A DNA stretch of 64,000 bases from Lytechinus pictus. Taxonomy: Eukaryota. The position numbers and the translations under genes were made by a program. This document shows, in pieces, positions 1 to 14,552 of this stretch. The notes beneath the pieces are model-generated. The model had not been told where the DNA came from and searched no databases. It was given only the letters and a program-made list of their open reading frames with translations. Each line of letters begins with the position of its first letter. The stretch's first letter is position 1. The stretch is taken from NCBI RefSeq assembly GCF_037042905.1, contig NC_087245.1, forward strand, positions 4,092,001 through 4,156,000, read 5' to 3'.

Positions 1-1583
1 CAACAATCACCCCGAATCAAATCAATCAATGTATAAGCAGAATACCAAACATTCTTTTCTCGACTCTTGAAAGGGTTTTTTTTTTCTCATAAAGACGGCT
101 TGTACGAACTGGTACATGACGTAATACTCAGACGCTGCTTCTTCAGTAGCATCTCATGTAATTTCATCGTAATTCATATAGACCTGTTTACTAATACATC
201 CAAATGCTATGTATATCCTTCTATACAAAATAATGCTGTAAATTTTAAAGATTGTCCGATATTACAAAAACTATTTGAATTTATGTAAATTATATTCCAA
301 ATACTGTATTTTATTACTAACAAACGTCTCATTATGCAGGTTTACATGCTGGAACGATCCATGATATTGTATGCCTTCACAAATATTCATGAACCTACTC
401 TTTTCTTCAACGGAAGGTTGTTAAATGCCTTATGTGAAGAACATTTCCTGTTTATCACACATTGCGGATATGTTTACATAGTTCAGTTCTAAATGATGCA
501 TGTATATCATTTCCCCGGATCATTTCATCCTCAAATAAAAGAAATGTGTTTGCATTCTACCAACAATGTTGTCCTCGCTTCAATTTATTTCTCACTTTTG
601 TTTTCGATTCCAGTTTCACGCCAATCCTAGAATTCTGTCGAATTTTATAAGTCGATATGCCCATTATACAGTATTACGGGAAGTATATACATACCCCCCA
701 AAAAAAAGTTACAGAGAATGACTACTATTAATGTGATAAGAAATTTGTGTTTTTGTGCATTATTCGCCTATGTCGCTTGATATTTTAATAGAGTTCTGTT
801 GTGTTTTGTAAACATAATGTACATGATTTATTGCATGACAATGACGTGTATAAATCAACCTGCGTGTAATTACCATCTAGCTATTGTGGATTTTTTATCT
901 TTCAGAAAAGACTTGCAAGTATTTTAGGCTATATTCACTGTTTCTATCACCCACAGAGTTGTAGAGAACGTCCTATCAATAAATTACATCCACTGGGTTA
1001 ACTTCAATCAAAATTATTATTTTGAATATTGTTAACTGCGAAACGATATTTTATGTTTCATTGGAAAATGTAACAAAGTGCATTTAACCTTTTTAAGAAT
1101 GATAACTGATGTCTTTGCAGTAACCAATAACAACTTATCCTATGAAAGTGTTAGCTTAAAGCAACTAATCCTATTTATCACCGCATATATACGGACAAGG
1201 TCGTTTGTGAATAAATATTCCATGTCCATAAATTACTATCCAATTGCAAGTTATTTCTGACGAACACAATTAAAATGCCGTAATATACGACCGTATATAA
1301 GCGTGACCGTATCAAAGTAATTATGAATTAAATAATCTAGTTTCCGAAAAGTACGAACTGTAATATTTGCACTGTAATTGCAATTCCGCATTGACGTATG
1401 AAATGGTAATATATATAGTTTTACTCGTCATCAAAATATTTACAAAAGGCATTCTTTTGTTTTTAAATCATTTTTCACAAAATGTGCATGTATTTCAAAG
1501 AAAAGTAATGACTTTTCTCTCATTTTATACGCGTGGTTCAACCATAGTTTTGTTTTGTTTTATATTATGATGGCGATCCATAT

Positions 1584-1821
1584 CAGGGTCGGATCCACAA
1601 TTTTCCAAATTGGTGGGGGCCACATTCTTGTTAAAAAAATATTTTGACAAGCAAAAAATAGTATTTCAACCCAAGATGAAGTGGATTTAGGCACGACAAA
1701 TTTGACAAGAAATGTTTTCTCTTGCGTGTCAGTGCAAAACATTTTCAACTATTTTTTTAATTATTTTCTGGCTCTCAAAATGGGCAGGGGTCAGATTTGC
1801 TCCTGTCTGGATCCGTCACTG
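1584..1821. mobile_element. Small hAT-like MITE
   Basis: Imperfect TIRs cagggtcggatcca / tggatccgtcactg, with a degenerate 8-bp flank match (atccatat/atacgtat). Confidence 0.55.
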
Positions 1822-3469
1822 ATACGTATAATGTGTATAAGATTGCAAATATTATGTACTACATGTACATGATTAAACCCATAATCAAAAATAAAATAAA
1901 AATATCGGGTTATATCAACGATTTATTTAAACTATGGACCCACGCGTTTAAAATTCGTCTTTGCTTGTATTTTTATTTATTTTTTTTGTGTGGTAGTGGT
2001 GGTGGTGGTGAAGGGGGGTACTTATAAGATGTAGGGGTGGGCTATTGCTTAAGTAGTGACGACCTGTAGCTCCTTGGTCCGCTTCTTCTTTTATTTTTTT
2101 TTGCTTGACAGAAAATATTTGTACATCACTGCCTCTCAAGTCCTAGACTGCCCCTTGAACGGAAACGCGCAAAAACGTTTATTCATGATCGCAAAAAAAG
2201 TATTGTATTTTAATTAAAATTTCTAAAAATGGATTTGACATTCATATTTCATCTTGTACCTTCCATGATTGTAAAAAGGACCTGTTCCAAATAATCATAT
2301 ATTCTCTACAAATTCCCCCATTTTGTTCAGACAGACACTTGCTAACTTTACAATGTTGATATTTACATTTTAATCCTAGATCATGTCGCAATTTTTATGT
2401 TGGCGCAACTGTGACACATAACATCACAAACGGGTGTGTTCCCTGAAACTTCATCTTAACTTTTTATGATGAGGAAGAGTGTGGAAATTTGTAAAATGTT
2501 GGTTTAGAAATTGCAAAATTTTGAACTTTTTCACATTTTGAAACTGTTATCATGCAATATTTCGCCCAATTTCAGGATATAATAAGGCTTTGAGATATAT
2601 TTCTCCATGTGAAATGTTTAACAAATTGTAATCAAAGTTGGAATTATTCGCAATTATCTATTTTTAGCACAAATCACTTTTCAGTATTCCCATGAAACTT
2701 GCGGCATCACAGTCGCCACAAAAGGCCACAGTATCTGTGTAATCTTTTGTACTTCTTTAGAAATTCGAAGCTACATGAATTAATTTGCATTTCGTTGTCA
2801 CTCCACTCCATCCTTTTTACTTCCATGGTTTTCACAAAGATATGTATGGGCTCATGCACAAACATAATAGAGTCACTATTGTCCCCAGACAATTGAGTCC
2901 ATGAAATGCTTTGTAGGATCTGATGTTTGATACGCGCCTGCCTGGTGGAGAACAAGCCCGTATTATAAATACCATGGACCGAGTGTAAAGTTTGCACAGA
3001 TGGAATATCGGAATGGTGATGAAACTGAGAATACTTTGAAAAATCAATTCAGGACGACGCCATGCACTACAAGCATGTTACGTAATCACAAGCTGTTTAG
3101 TTTTGTGGAAGAATCGTGTCATGTTTTCTGTGTAGTGTAGCAACGTGAATAGCTCTCTCACTATTTTGTTGACAAGTCTTGCATTACGCGAACGCATTAA
3201 TAGTGCGTTTGAAGGGATTTACACTGAAGTTACATTATACATTATTTACCGTCAACAAGGAGGATTTCGTCTATTCTAGCATACATTTAACATTTGATTG
3301 CTGAACAAGTTTTGTGTAATTTCATATTAAAATATTTGGAGGAACGTTCGATTGCCGAGCTGTTCAAAAGTCACACCATTCGTCACTAGAAGTTAAAAGC
3401 GACCCTGCAAACGCTGTGGTGAAGGCATACTGATCTGGGCAAAATAACGACTACAAAGTAGGATTTAAA

Positions 3470-4309
3470 ATGGCAAGACGAGGAGAAGAGGAAAATATTG
3501 AAATGGGGGTCATTGGAAACACATCTACTTCTGATGAAGGATTGGGCTGCTGTGGAATCATTCTTGCAATTGTGTCGATAATACTCGTGATTTGCACGCT
3601 ACCCCTTTCACTTTTTGTCTGCATAGTAGTGGTTCAGGAGTATGAGAGAGCAGTTATCTTTAGACTTGGACGTCTCTTGTCTGGTGGTGCTAAAGGTCCA
3701 GGTCTCTTCTTCATCCTACCTTGCATCGATGATTACAAAAAGGTAGATCTTCGCACCATTTCATTTGATATTCCTCCTCAAGAGATTCTGACCAGGGATA
3801 GTTTGACCATCTCTGTGGATGCTGTGGTCTTCTACCGTGTCAAGAATGCTACCATCAGCATCGCCAATGTGGAAAACGCAGACAAGTCCACCAGACTTCT
3901 GGCTCAGACGACACTTCGTAATGTCCTGGGCACCAAGAACCTAGCTGAGATTCTTGCAGAACGTGAAGGCATCAGTCACTACATGCAGTCCACCCTCGAC
4001 AATGACACCGACCCTTGGGGTATCTTAGTAGAGCGAGTTGAGATCAAAGATGTTCGTTTACCAGTCCAGCTCCAGAGAGCCATGGCTGCTGAAGCTGAAG
4101 CTTCCAGAGAGGCTAGGGCTAAGGTGATTGCTGCTGAAGGAGAACAGAATGCTGCTCGTGCTTTGAAGGAAGCTGCAGATACTATGGCTGAATCTCCATC
4201 GGCTCTTCAACTGAGGTACCTACAGACCCTTAACACCATCTCAGCCGAGAAGAACTCCACTATCATCTTTCCACTACCCATCGATCTCCTCAAAGGTATC
4301 CTAAAGTAA
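3470..4309 (+). CDS. Stomatin/band-7 (SPFH) family protein, paralog 1, single-exon CDS, 279 aa
   Basis: Cys motif (GCCG) and a hydrophobic hairpin with the conserved Pro (TLPLS), followed by VVQEYERAVIFRLGR, GPGLFFILPC, RLLAQTTLRNVLG and LQRAMAAEAEASREARAKVIAAEGE...LQLRYLQTL...IIFPLPID. Collinear with human stomatin and C. elegans MEC-2 as recalled. Confidence 0.96.
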   Translation: MARRGEEENIEMGVIGNTSTSDEGLGCCGIILAIVSIILVICTLPLSLFVCIVVVQEYERAVIFRLGRLLSGGAKGPGLFFILPCIDDYKKVDLRTISFDIPPQEILTRDSLTISVDAVVFYRVKNATISIANVENADKSTRLLAQTTLRNVLGTKNLAEILAEREGISHYMQSTLDNDTDPWGILVERVEIKDVRLPVQLQRAMAAEAEASREARAKVIAAEGEQNAARALKEAADTMAESPSALQLRYLQTLNTISAEKNSTIIFPLPIDLLKGILK

Positions 4310-5422
4310 ATATTAACCCAAACTGTTTCATAATCGGAGAAAATTAGGGATGTCGACAGTTGATGCTATTTGATTAATTTCGATACGGTTTTCGTAGAGT
4401 CAATACTTGTAGGTAGTTGTCCCATCCATCAATTAAGGATCTGTATATGACCAGCTTTGCTTGTGATTCAACTCCCAGCTACCGGTGTGATTGACAAGGT
4501 CAATGCAGATACAATGTGGCCCTCAAGTATTAGTCATCCCTTTGACGCTGACAAAATAAATTATTTAAAAATCTTGAAATAAAATATTCCACTAGAATTT
4601 GATATTTCAATATCTCATTAATAAGACTTTTGGAAGTGGTTGGTTGCCTTCATTCTTTATTGAATTAAAATACGCTTGTCATGCAAGATTTCTTATCTGT
4701 TCATCTGTACGTATACAAGTATGATTACCAATATTGTAGTTTACGCAATCCACTTTTCTGCCATCGTTAGAACGAAAATTCGATGATGATAATGTTGTTT
4801 AACAAGTTTATTGAAATTGTGATTACAGTTTACATTAATTATTCCTATAATTTTATTTATATCTATACATGTTGTGATAATCAAACTATTTTGTTTGTAT
4901 GAAGTGAATACTGAAGCCTTTTTCCAATTTCTGCTTACATTAAATGTTATTCTCGTATATAGGTGACCTGTTTGTTTTTTGTTTGACTGTCTTAATTTAT
5001 TCACGGTTTTATAAAAAACAATATACACAGACACAAGCCGTATAAAGGTGGTTTTCGACGAGGACGTGCAAGGAAAATTGATAATGATACAGACATTTTG
5101 ACCACTTTTTTGTTTGTTACTGAAGCATGAATGAATGTGTAGGCCATTCCACATGAACTCACTGAAGAGTGAATATATCATAAATATCATAAGGAAAAAG
5201 GAACCAATATATTGGTACATGTCTCTCATTTTGAAATAAAGGTGGATTAAGAAATCATCTGTCTGGATAATGACCATCAGATTAGTAAAGAGAAGATTGT
5301 CGTTTTGATAACTTATCTGGTTTAATATTTGACACCATATTGTACTTAAAATGATCCTAAAGTAACGGAAGTAAGGCGCTACAGTAAGCAGGGTGCTTTC
5401 ACATCCTATAATCTTTCATGTA

Positions 5423-5745
5423 AGCGCTGTGGTTTAGCGGTTCTGACTCCACCTTGTAATCAGAGGGTCGTGTATTCAAATCCCACCATGGACTAGCGAC
5501 CTTAGGCAAGGCGTCGATCCACACTTTGCAACTCTCACACATTAGGTATCGGTATAGGAAACAACAGTCACTCTCAACCCAGGTGCTAATTGGGTACCTG
5601 CAGGAAACAACTGTCATTGTGGTTGGTTCAGCAAGTGTGCGCCTATAACAGGCACTAAAGGAGCTATGAATCCAGTGACCGGATAATAGCTTTTAGTAGT
5701 CGTAGATTGATATCGCGCTATATAAAATCAAATTATTATTATATT
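5423..5745 (+). mobile_element. tRNA-derived SINE
   Basis: Box A-like tggtttagcgg, box B-like attcaaatccc, core ctcaacccaggtg...tgggtacc, and tail gcgctatataaa...(att)n. Confidence 0.8.
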
Positions 5746-6064
5746 AGAATGAGGCACAAAAGGGAAGAAAGAAGAAGAATATAAAGATAAAAGTTATGTG
5801 ACTTTATGTTACAGTTACCCCTGTTATTTGATTGAGAAAAAATATACCTCTTTCAGGTCATCTTTCCAACATATCAAAATATCATTATTCCACACCCCTT
5901 GCTTACCAAACATGACATTTTGCTAATCCCTATTTTATCTTTATCTTTGTATCTATACTATAAAGAACTAAAACGAGAAACCCTCAGCTATGCACACACA
6001 TTATTGGTATACTGGGTAGGAGCTTTATAGCAAAAAAAATTGGCATAAGCTACATGTACTAAAT

Positions 6065-6194
6065 NNNNNNNNNNNNNNNNNNNNNNNNNNNNNNNNNNNN
6101 NNNNNNNNNNNNNNNNNNNNNNNNNNNNNNNNNNNNNNNNNNNNNNNNNNNNNNNNNNNNNNNNNNNNNNNNNNNNNNNNNNNNNNNNNNNNNN
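6065..6194. other. Assembly gap
   Basis: Run of N. Confidence 0.99.
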
Positions 6195-8339
6195 ACAAAC
6201 ATTTTTTGTGCAAATTTAATTTCATTTATGATTAGTGATTGCGCGTTTGGCAGATTAGAATGTACAGTATATATGCTGTTTTATACTTGGAATATGAAAA
6301 CATACGAAATAATAATTATCAAAACAAAATATCATACCGTACTCATTTGTGTGTCATTGAACTAGTTGTCACCGTTATTTCATAGAGCTATTACTGTAAT
6401 AGCTCTATGGTTATTTATACACGTATGATGATAATCAAATGTGATTGCAGAATAAATTAAAAGAAGGGAGAAAGGGAGAAAGAGAGAATAGACGACAGAC
6501 ATGACAGAGAAGGAATGATCGAGGGACAGGATCTGTTAGCAACCGATCGAAAGGGAGAGAATCTGAGGGAGGCGTATCTGTGCATGTGGGTGCGAGCATG
6601 CGTGTGTATGTGGGGTGTGTTTGTGTTATACAGAGAGAGAGGTGATTGATTGATTGATTAAATCATACATTAGGTACATGATTAAATCAAGGTATCTTGA
6701 TAGAATTCACATTAATGCACCGTTTTAGCACAAAAGGAAAATTAATTTAAAATGCTGTGAGAGAGGGAGGCAAGCGAGCCAAAAATAACCTTTTGATACA
6801 TAATTCAATTTGTTGTGACGGATTTTGATATGTTTAAAACATATATGATATAAAAATCAGTTGCAAAAACTTGATTTATGTATTGAAAAAGCTATTTTGG
6901 CTCGCTCGCTTCCCTCGCTCATAGCATTTTAAAATCAATTTAGCCCTTTATGTCATGTCTTGCCCCTAAAACTTTAGACTCATTACGCCACTGACCTCCG
7001 CCCAAACTAAAAAAAAATAATAATCCCTCATAAGAGAACAAAACAGCCCCAACCATGAATGCCGATCGACACCCATGGCTGGCCAGTGTATATGCTACTA
7101 ATATAACGGTGGTTTACTTTGAATTCTATCAAGATAATTATGAAATATGGTGCTTTCAACATTTTGTAGATAGCGCTCTTTAATGTTGATGAACGAAAAG
7201 CAAATCAGAGAGCCGACCTCAATTGTGATGTTTGGGGTGCGATTGTGCAAAAACAAAATCACAGAGCGGAAAGTGTGTTGCGATTTGCTTTTCACGTTTT
7301 AAAAAACAGCACCACAGAGTTGAATTCCGTTTTTCCTTTTTCATGAATGAAAAAAAAACCCGACTTATCCATCCGTACCATGATTGGTTTAACATAAAGG
7401 GAAAGGGAGACAGGTACAGACAGAAAATCAGGAAGTATTCCACTTTAGGTACGAAATGTGCTACTGTAATTTTACATCTCACCCCGCATCTCACATTCTT
7501 TATAGTGTAGATGATCGGTGCAAAAATAGCAAGAATTTTTCAGATTATGGCACAAGCATGAAATTTGGCTGACAGGTAGAGTAAATTGTGCTGAACATTT
7601 TTAGCTGGGAGTGTCAACTTGATCTCTCCTCGTATAGCAACAGTTACTAGGTAACTTATTTACATTAGCAACCGCCAAATTTGGGGTGTTATCTCAATTT
7701 TAAAACTATATTTTGACTTCTAAGCGCCAATTTCACAATCACATATCAAGCAACATTCCAAACTTGTATAGCAACAGTTGCTTAGCAACCTATTTTCCAT
7801 ATAAACTATAGATGATATTCCTGAATACAACATCTGGACATGATATTTTTATGAGAATGGTTATAACATCGGTCAAAGTATGAAACTTGGAATTTAAAAA
7901 AATATATATCTCTTATATAAAAAGAACGTACATTTAATGTGTAGCACATGCCTTCTAAAATTTTGGCATATATTTTGTCAACAAATCAAGCGTGCAATTA
8001 TGCTCGACAAAGAATATTAGAGGCATCAGAGGAATACATCAAGAAAGTTACAGTCATCATCCTCTTCGATGGGAAGATGAATTTTTCATCAATCGAAGTG
8101 TAAGAAATATTTCTCCCCATAAGGACATTGTATTGCGAGACAAAGTGATAGTGCCATCAGCAGAATCATTTCCATCTGATTTGGACATGCCAAGAAGTAT
8201 TGGAGGCATATGGAAGGAAGAAGTATATCAGAACTTAATGATACTGTTCTGTGGCAGAGTATGGATCACGTCCAGCCAACATGGCCAACCTGATATTACA
8301 AGTGCTTCACCTGTATGTGACAAAGTCAGCTGCGCATAG

Positions 8340-8790
8340 TCCTGCAAGATCTTTAAAGTCATGATAGATCTTGAAGCTGCAAGATCCCATTCGAAACACC
8401 TGCAATCGGAACTGACAGGTCAAATCAACTTCTGCAAGAGCTCAAGTCATGATAGATCACGGATCTGCAGGATCCACGCCAACACGCCTGAAACAGAACT
8501 GACCGGTTCAAATAAACTCTTGCGAGATCTTTTACGTCATGATATATCCTAGAGCTGCAGGATTGATCCAGGTCAAAACACCTGGAATCGGAACTAACAG
8601 GTCCAAATTAACTTCTGCAGAAGTCACGATAGATCATGTAGCTGCAGGATCCAGGCAAACACACCTGGAAATTGAACTCAATGATCCAAATCAACTCTAA
8701 CAGATCTTTCACTTCATGATAGATCCCGGAGCTGCGCAGATGCAAGTCAAAACACCTGGAGACGGAACTGACAAGTCAAAATCATCTCCT
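8340..8790. repeat. Degenerate minisatellite, about 88-90-bp unit, about 5 copies
   Basis: tcatgatagatc...agctgcaggatc...aaacacctggaa...ggaactgacagg recurs near 8359, 8447, 8537, 8623 and 8713. Confidence 0.85.
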
Positions 8791-9737
8791 GTTCATAGCA
8801 TTAGGTCCCGGAACAGCATGGAGAACTTAATGATCTTCATTGCAGGCTACGGAAGGGAGGGGTAAAACCAACGCCTTTCAAGCGACCGACTACTACGTTA
8901 GCAAGGGATAAAATGGTATCCATGCAAGCACTCATTTGGAAATTACATTCTGGCGAAATTTTGATGTTTGAAATGATTTTAAACTAAGTTGACCGAATCA
9001 ATTCTTGGCGGTCATTCTTTCACCTGTCCAAGATCAGAGATGTTTAGGTTGTAAGATCCCATGACCTCCTGGTGAGCTCTTGTAATCGTTCTTTCTACAA
9101 TAGTGACCTCTGGCTAAAAGTTTATTTTGTAGAATTCTTTCCAAGGGCATTGTAAAGGTAAACAGGGTCTCAAAATAGTTTAATCGGGCCCCATTGGAAA
9201 ATAGATAGCCACAAATTTCCAGAATGTCAACGGTTCTAGACTTCTAATTCACGATGATACAAGTGTCAATCAATTTCACCCCTATTGTCAATCACTCAGA
9301 TAAGTAATCATGAGGTCTATTATCATTCAATGATAAGTACGTAACTATACAGTAATAACAAACATTAACAAATAACCCTTTACTATCATGACTATGAAAG
9401 ACACCAAATAATTTAATCAATGGATGATCTTGTACATAATTATGTTTAGGTTAATCCCCAATATATATGGTTTCCAAATGGAGAAAGATTGGTTTTAAGG
9501 TGAGTTTTCTAACATGCAACAAGTATCACTATGCCAATGATAATGGAACCCATAGACATCGTTTTCGGAAATATAAACCATATCATGAGGTAGTTAGATT
9601 TGTGCAAGATTTTACGTTTTTAAGCATCTACAAGTATTAGAAGCTCACATTAATCATCTTACCATACGGCCTTTCACAATCAGTTGCAGAAAACATGTTA
9701 CTTAGCAACCGGTCTTTATCATTGGCGGGTATACACG

Positions 9738-11843
9738 CATGGACCTGGAAAGCGGGGGTGCTGAAGCACCCCCAAGATTTTCCCAGGGGGTGCTGCGTGT
9801 ATTATTTTCCATATGCAGCACCCCCTGGAATTCTAGTTGTTGTGCCACATAAGAGAAATGTATGGAAAATGACCAAAATCTCGTATTGAAACCCCTTTTT
9901 TGGCTTATCAAATTTCTTGGCACCAAAACGACCTTCATTTTGTAGTGAAACCTTTTTGCTCGTCAAATAGGCATGGGCGAATCCAGGGAGCCTAAGGGAG
10001 TCCCTATTGGCGGAGCAAAAAAAAAAAAGGGGGGGGGGCATTTCAAAAAGAAAAAGAAGGGAAAAGAGAGGAGAAAATAAGAGGACGAAGAAGAGTGAAT
10101 AAAATAAGGTGAGGGACGACTTGGAAAATAAAACAAAAAACCTTTCATGTCACTATATAAAGTTTTCGCTCGTGCTTCGCATTCGCATTGCATGTTTGAT
10201 GAGGTAGGCCTACATGAGATTCTTCCTCATTAGGTTGATATGGAGCTTAAAATATCAAGTTGATGGCAATATACAAAACAAATTTTAGCTCCGACATCGA
10301 GCTTTCATTATTTTGTTTGAGTAATGAAATGATTTTCAAAAAAGGCTCTGTAAAATGTCCGTATTATTGTCTCAGTATCAACATTTTCAGCTCGAGCTGC
10401 GCGCTCGCGTTATTTTTTTGTCAGGTATTCTCAGTCTTCGTGTATTCCACAAAGTTATCAAAATATCCCTTTTCAGGTTTGATTGTCAAAACCTATCCGC
10501 CAGCGCTGTGCGCTAACATTTTGATTGTGACTAATGTATACCTTAATAATTTCCTCTATAATAATAAGCAATTCTATAAAAAAAACTATTTAAAATCCCC
10601 TTTCCATAACATCACGATTTGCGCTCTTATTAATTTGTTGAAATATATACATCAAACCATGCATCCTATTCATAATTACAAAAGTGCTTAAAATGTCCAG
10701 TTTTCAGGAAGTAATATCAACAAATTTCGAGCTGTCATTAGGCTTATTAGATAAATAAATACAAACATAACATTTTCATGAAGTCCTAATAATTAAATTG
10801 TCCTTTTTTAGAATAGAATATCTCACACTAAGGAAGAGGAATAGAAGAAAGTCATCATTTTCATATGATGCCGAAATGTCCTAAGAATGTCCAGGTCCTA
10901 GATCAAAATAAAAATAATAAAAATATCAGCTTGCGCTTCGCGCTCACATCATTTTTAAGAGCGATCCATAATATCCACTTCACAATTTTCCTACATAGTG
11001 CTTGAATTAGTGCTTAAATTGACCCTTTTTCAGATAGGAATATCAAATAATTTCAGTTCGCGCTTCGCGATCACATTATTGATTTTCATGATAAAAAATA
11101 CATTTAGAATGCCCAGATACTAGCTATAAATATTAAACACACGCACGCATGTTTATTGAGATACACAGTTTGTTTTTTATTCAAAACATTCTTAAATTAT
11201 CCAGTTTCAGACTACAATTTTCTGCTCGCGCTTCGCGCTCACATTATTGATTTAGGATACCTAATTACCTATTCTTTTCATGATTTACAAAACATGAATA
11301 GAGTAACCCGTTTTTAGGTCTAAATCTTTTTTTTTCCGCTCACGCTCGCATTATTTAGTTATATGCCTATAACAATGCCCATAATTATAAAATATGCTTA
11401 GAATTTCCATTTTTAGTTTGGAATGTCAAAAAATTTCAGCTCGCGCTTCTCGCTCGCTTTATTTGTTTATTGAATGTGTATCGCTTTAGAGCTAACTACA
11501 AGTTAACAGTCCTCAACACCCTTTTCGATCAGTTATATACGCATTTTGTTCAGGATCACAAACATTGCCCACAATGTTCGATTTTCAGGACAAGATTAGA
11601 TAGCGCTTCGCGCTCGCACTATTTAAATATGGCTTATGAGAGGATTACTATGTTTTATAAGAATAAAGCAAAGAAGTGACTCTTACGAAGAAACAAACAG
11701 ATATCTTCTCTGAGTGGCCGATCGGGGAAAATATGGGTGAAAATATTTTTTCGCCCCCCCCCCTTATTCGCGAAAGCTGGATCCGCCCCTGAATTTAGGC
11801 CTACTTCAGCACCCCCAGCCAAAAAATCGTTCCCAGGTCCCTG
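9738..11843. mobile_element. Composite non-autonomous hAT-like element containing a second element (about 9972-11791)
   Basis: Termini catggacctggaa...gggggtgctg / cagcaccccc...ttcccaggtccctg, with 8-bp TSD tatacacg/tatacatg. The inner element is bounded by catgggcgaatccag / ctggatccgcccctg. Confidence 0.75.
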
Positions 11844-12812
11844 TATACATGGTAATCCAGGGGCAGATCTAGGATTTTCCAGGGGGGCACATTTTTCCGA
11901 GGAAAAATTTGACAAGCAAAAAAAACAAAACGCTCTTTAAATCTGTATATACAACCCTATTTACTATAATTGTTAACCTTGCAGTAGTTGTTTAACAGTT
12001 TAAACAAACATGATTTTAAAACTTGGTTGTGTTTAAGATTTTAAACAATGGTGCAAAACTAAGAGTTGTATCCCAAAAATAATCAAGAAAGGACTTCTCC
12101 ATCTTTTGACGAGAGGACGTACCTGCGTGCTTGGTCTCCCTCGTCATCCCTTTTTAGGGGTAACGATATGGCATTTGTTGGGAATAACATCCATCTTATA
12201 ACCAGCTATATTTCATACTGAATAATTATATTTTATATATTAGTCTTTGATTAGCATCCGTCCTCTTTGGAATAAAATGCTCATGAACTTTACTCATTGT
12301 GTGACAGACTATTGATTTATTCTCATTTTGTAACACTAAACAATCACCACGCTACATATACATGTATATCTCAAGTGTTACACTGTTCAAACAACTTCAT
12401 AAGGTAAACAGCGTTGTATAAAAATCTTTTTTTTTGTGCGTGTACGAGTCGAGGGAGAAGAGGTACATTTAGGGGGCAGTGTGGCTCTGTGTGTGCTACG
12501 TTGGTAAATTGCCAATTCGTCCACTGCCCACTCGTCTACTCACCACATGGTCTACTTTCATTTAGTCTAATGCCATTCCATCTATCAACATTTCGTCAAA
12601 CAAGCATTTGATCCAATCATCACTTCGTCTAATTACCAGTTCGTTTATGACCATTTCGTCTCATAACCAGTCGGTCTAATATCCATTTCATTATCATTCA
12701 TTTTGCACAATTTACCACTTAGTCCAATTAGACCAAATGGTATATGGACTAAATGGCTATTAAACCTATACTGGTTATTAGACGGAATGGTATTAGACTG
12801 GATGAAAGTAGA

Positions 12813-14471
12813 CTTTCACACTGCATTTCCTTGACCCAATACTATCCTTAGCCCCAGTGGCGTAACTACGGGGGGGGGGGCATGGGGGGGGGGCACGTGC
12901 CCCCCCCCCCCCAATCGGCTGGCCAAAAAAAAAAAAAAAACGGGGAAAAGGAGAAAAGAGGGAGAAAGGAAGAGAAACGTAGTGGGGAAAGAAGAAATTA
13001 TAATGTTACATTATATTATGTTATGTTATATTACATAAGAAGCATTTTTTTCATAAATTTATGAAACATTATTTGCTCAGGGCATATGTCTTCATTGTAC
13101 TTGGTGCTCGCATAGTCTGTTTAACGAGATATATGATCCTGTTGTACTAAAACCTCCCGTTTTCAAATCAATATACACCAAATATATTTCCTCGCAATTC
13201 GAGTTATTATTGTTTTATGTAGTGACATTTACTTCTTTTTCTTGACTACTTTAAGTGATTGCCCAATTTTAAGGTCTTAATATAAAACATTTCCTGTCCG
13301 TGCTAACGTTCGCATTAGTTGATTGGTGAGATGTCTGCTCTTCATGAATTCTTAAAATCAGTCCTTATAATGTCAATTTTTCTGATCTGAATATCAAAAT
13401 TTTTCAGCTCGCGCTTCGCGCTCGCATCATTTGGTTAGTGAAATACGTACGGTCTTAGTGAATTCCTACAAACAAGCATTAGAATGCCCCTCTTCAGGTC
13501 TGAATTTCATAATATTTCAGCTCACGCTTCGCGCTCGCAGTATTTGATTAGTGAGATGCGTATGATAACCATGATTACAATGACTACAAAAAGTGCTTCA
13601 TGTGTTTAGATGTAATTCTAACAAAATCAGCAAAGGATGGCACTAGCATTAGATGACTATGCTGAGAGACTTATACTCTTAAAGGATACCTAAAATATAT
13701 AGTCCTTAAAATGTACCTGTTTGGGGTCAATATATACAAAAGTTTCAGCTCGCGCCTCGCGCTCGCATTGTTTGTTTAGCGAGACAGGTACGTATCACGA
13801 TTACAAAAAAATTGCTTATAATGTCCCTTTTAGTTCTGAATTATCAAAAAAAAATTAGCTCGCGCTTCGCGCTCGCATTATTTGGTAAGTGAGATACTTA
13901 TCCGTTAAATGACATTGCATGTCCTTAAAATGTCTCTATTAGATCAGTATACCTGGCAACTGAGCGCGCTTCGCGCGCTCCCTAAGTTACTTGAATTTTT
14001 TGCTGGTGCCCCCCCCCAATGCCGTGACCCACGGTACGCCACTGCTTAGCCCCATACAATACTATCTTTTGGGGGGTTTCACACTGTCTTCTTAACCCAT
14101 ACTATTTGCTAAACCCGGGTTAATTCCTTAACCCGCACAGCTAGCACAGCTCATGAATATTGATGATTTTGCCACACAGAGCGTGATTAACGTGCATTTT
14201 GACTTCTGTGATTGGCTGATGCTTAGCCCCACTTTTCCTGAGCCGGGTTTTGTTTCATACTGCACCTCTTAGCACCGCAATTCTGGTGCTAGCACCGCAA
14301 TTAGCCGGCTAACCCTGCTTTTTTGCAGGGCCAGATAGCACCGTACTATTTACCGTGCTAGCCCACTTTGCTTATACGTAGTGTGAAACCTAAATGAGCT
14401 AAGCTTTAACCCCGGGAAATTGGTGGGGCTAAGGGGGTGCGGGTTAAGGAAAGTATGTGCAGTGTGAAAAG
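12813..14471. mobile_element. Middle nested MITE with ctttcacactgca / tgcagtgtgaaaag ends
   Basis: Inverted termini and internal ttagccc/ttaaccc repeats. It is split by the insertion at 12855-14044. Confidence 0.6.
12855..14044. mobile_element. hAT-like non-autonomous element with a perfect 8-bp TSD
   Basis: TIR cagtggcgta / tacgccactg. TSD cttagccc at 12847-12854 and 14045-14052. Confidence 0.9.
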
Positions 14472-14552
14472 CATATAAGTGGTGAGTGGACGAACTGATG
14501 GTAGACTAAATGATAGTATAAACGATTTGGCAATTGGAAGAATTGAAAATAT

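Larger units (their letters stand above)
12500..14548. mobile_element. Outer foldback-type element made of short ttcgtc/gacgaa repeats, interrupted by two nested insertions
   Basis: The left arm caattcgtccact...actcaccac is inverted in the right arm gtggtgagtggacgaac...ggcaattg. Confidence 0.55.

Noticed and set aside
4741-5277. 178-aa minus-strand ORF
   Set aside because: AT-rich, no recognisable domain, and antisense to the likely 3' UTR of paralog 1.
10160-11620. Conserved motif with roughly 100-bp spacers resembling a CRISPR array
   Set aside because: The spacers are mutually related and recur collinearly in other copies bounded by transposon ends.
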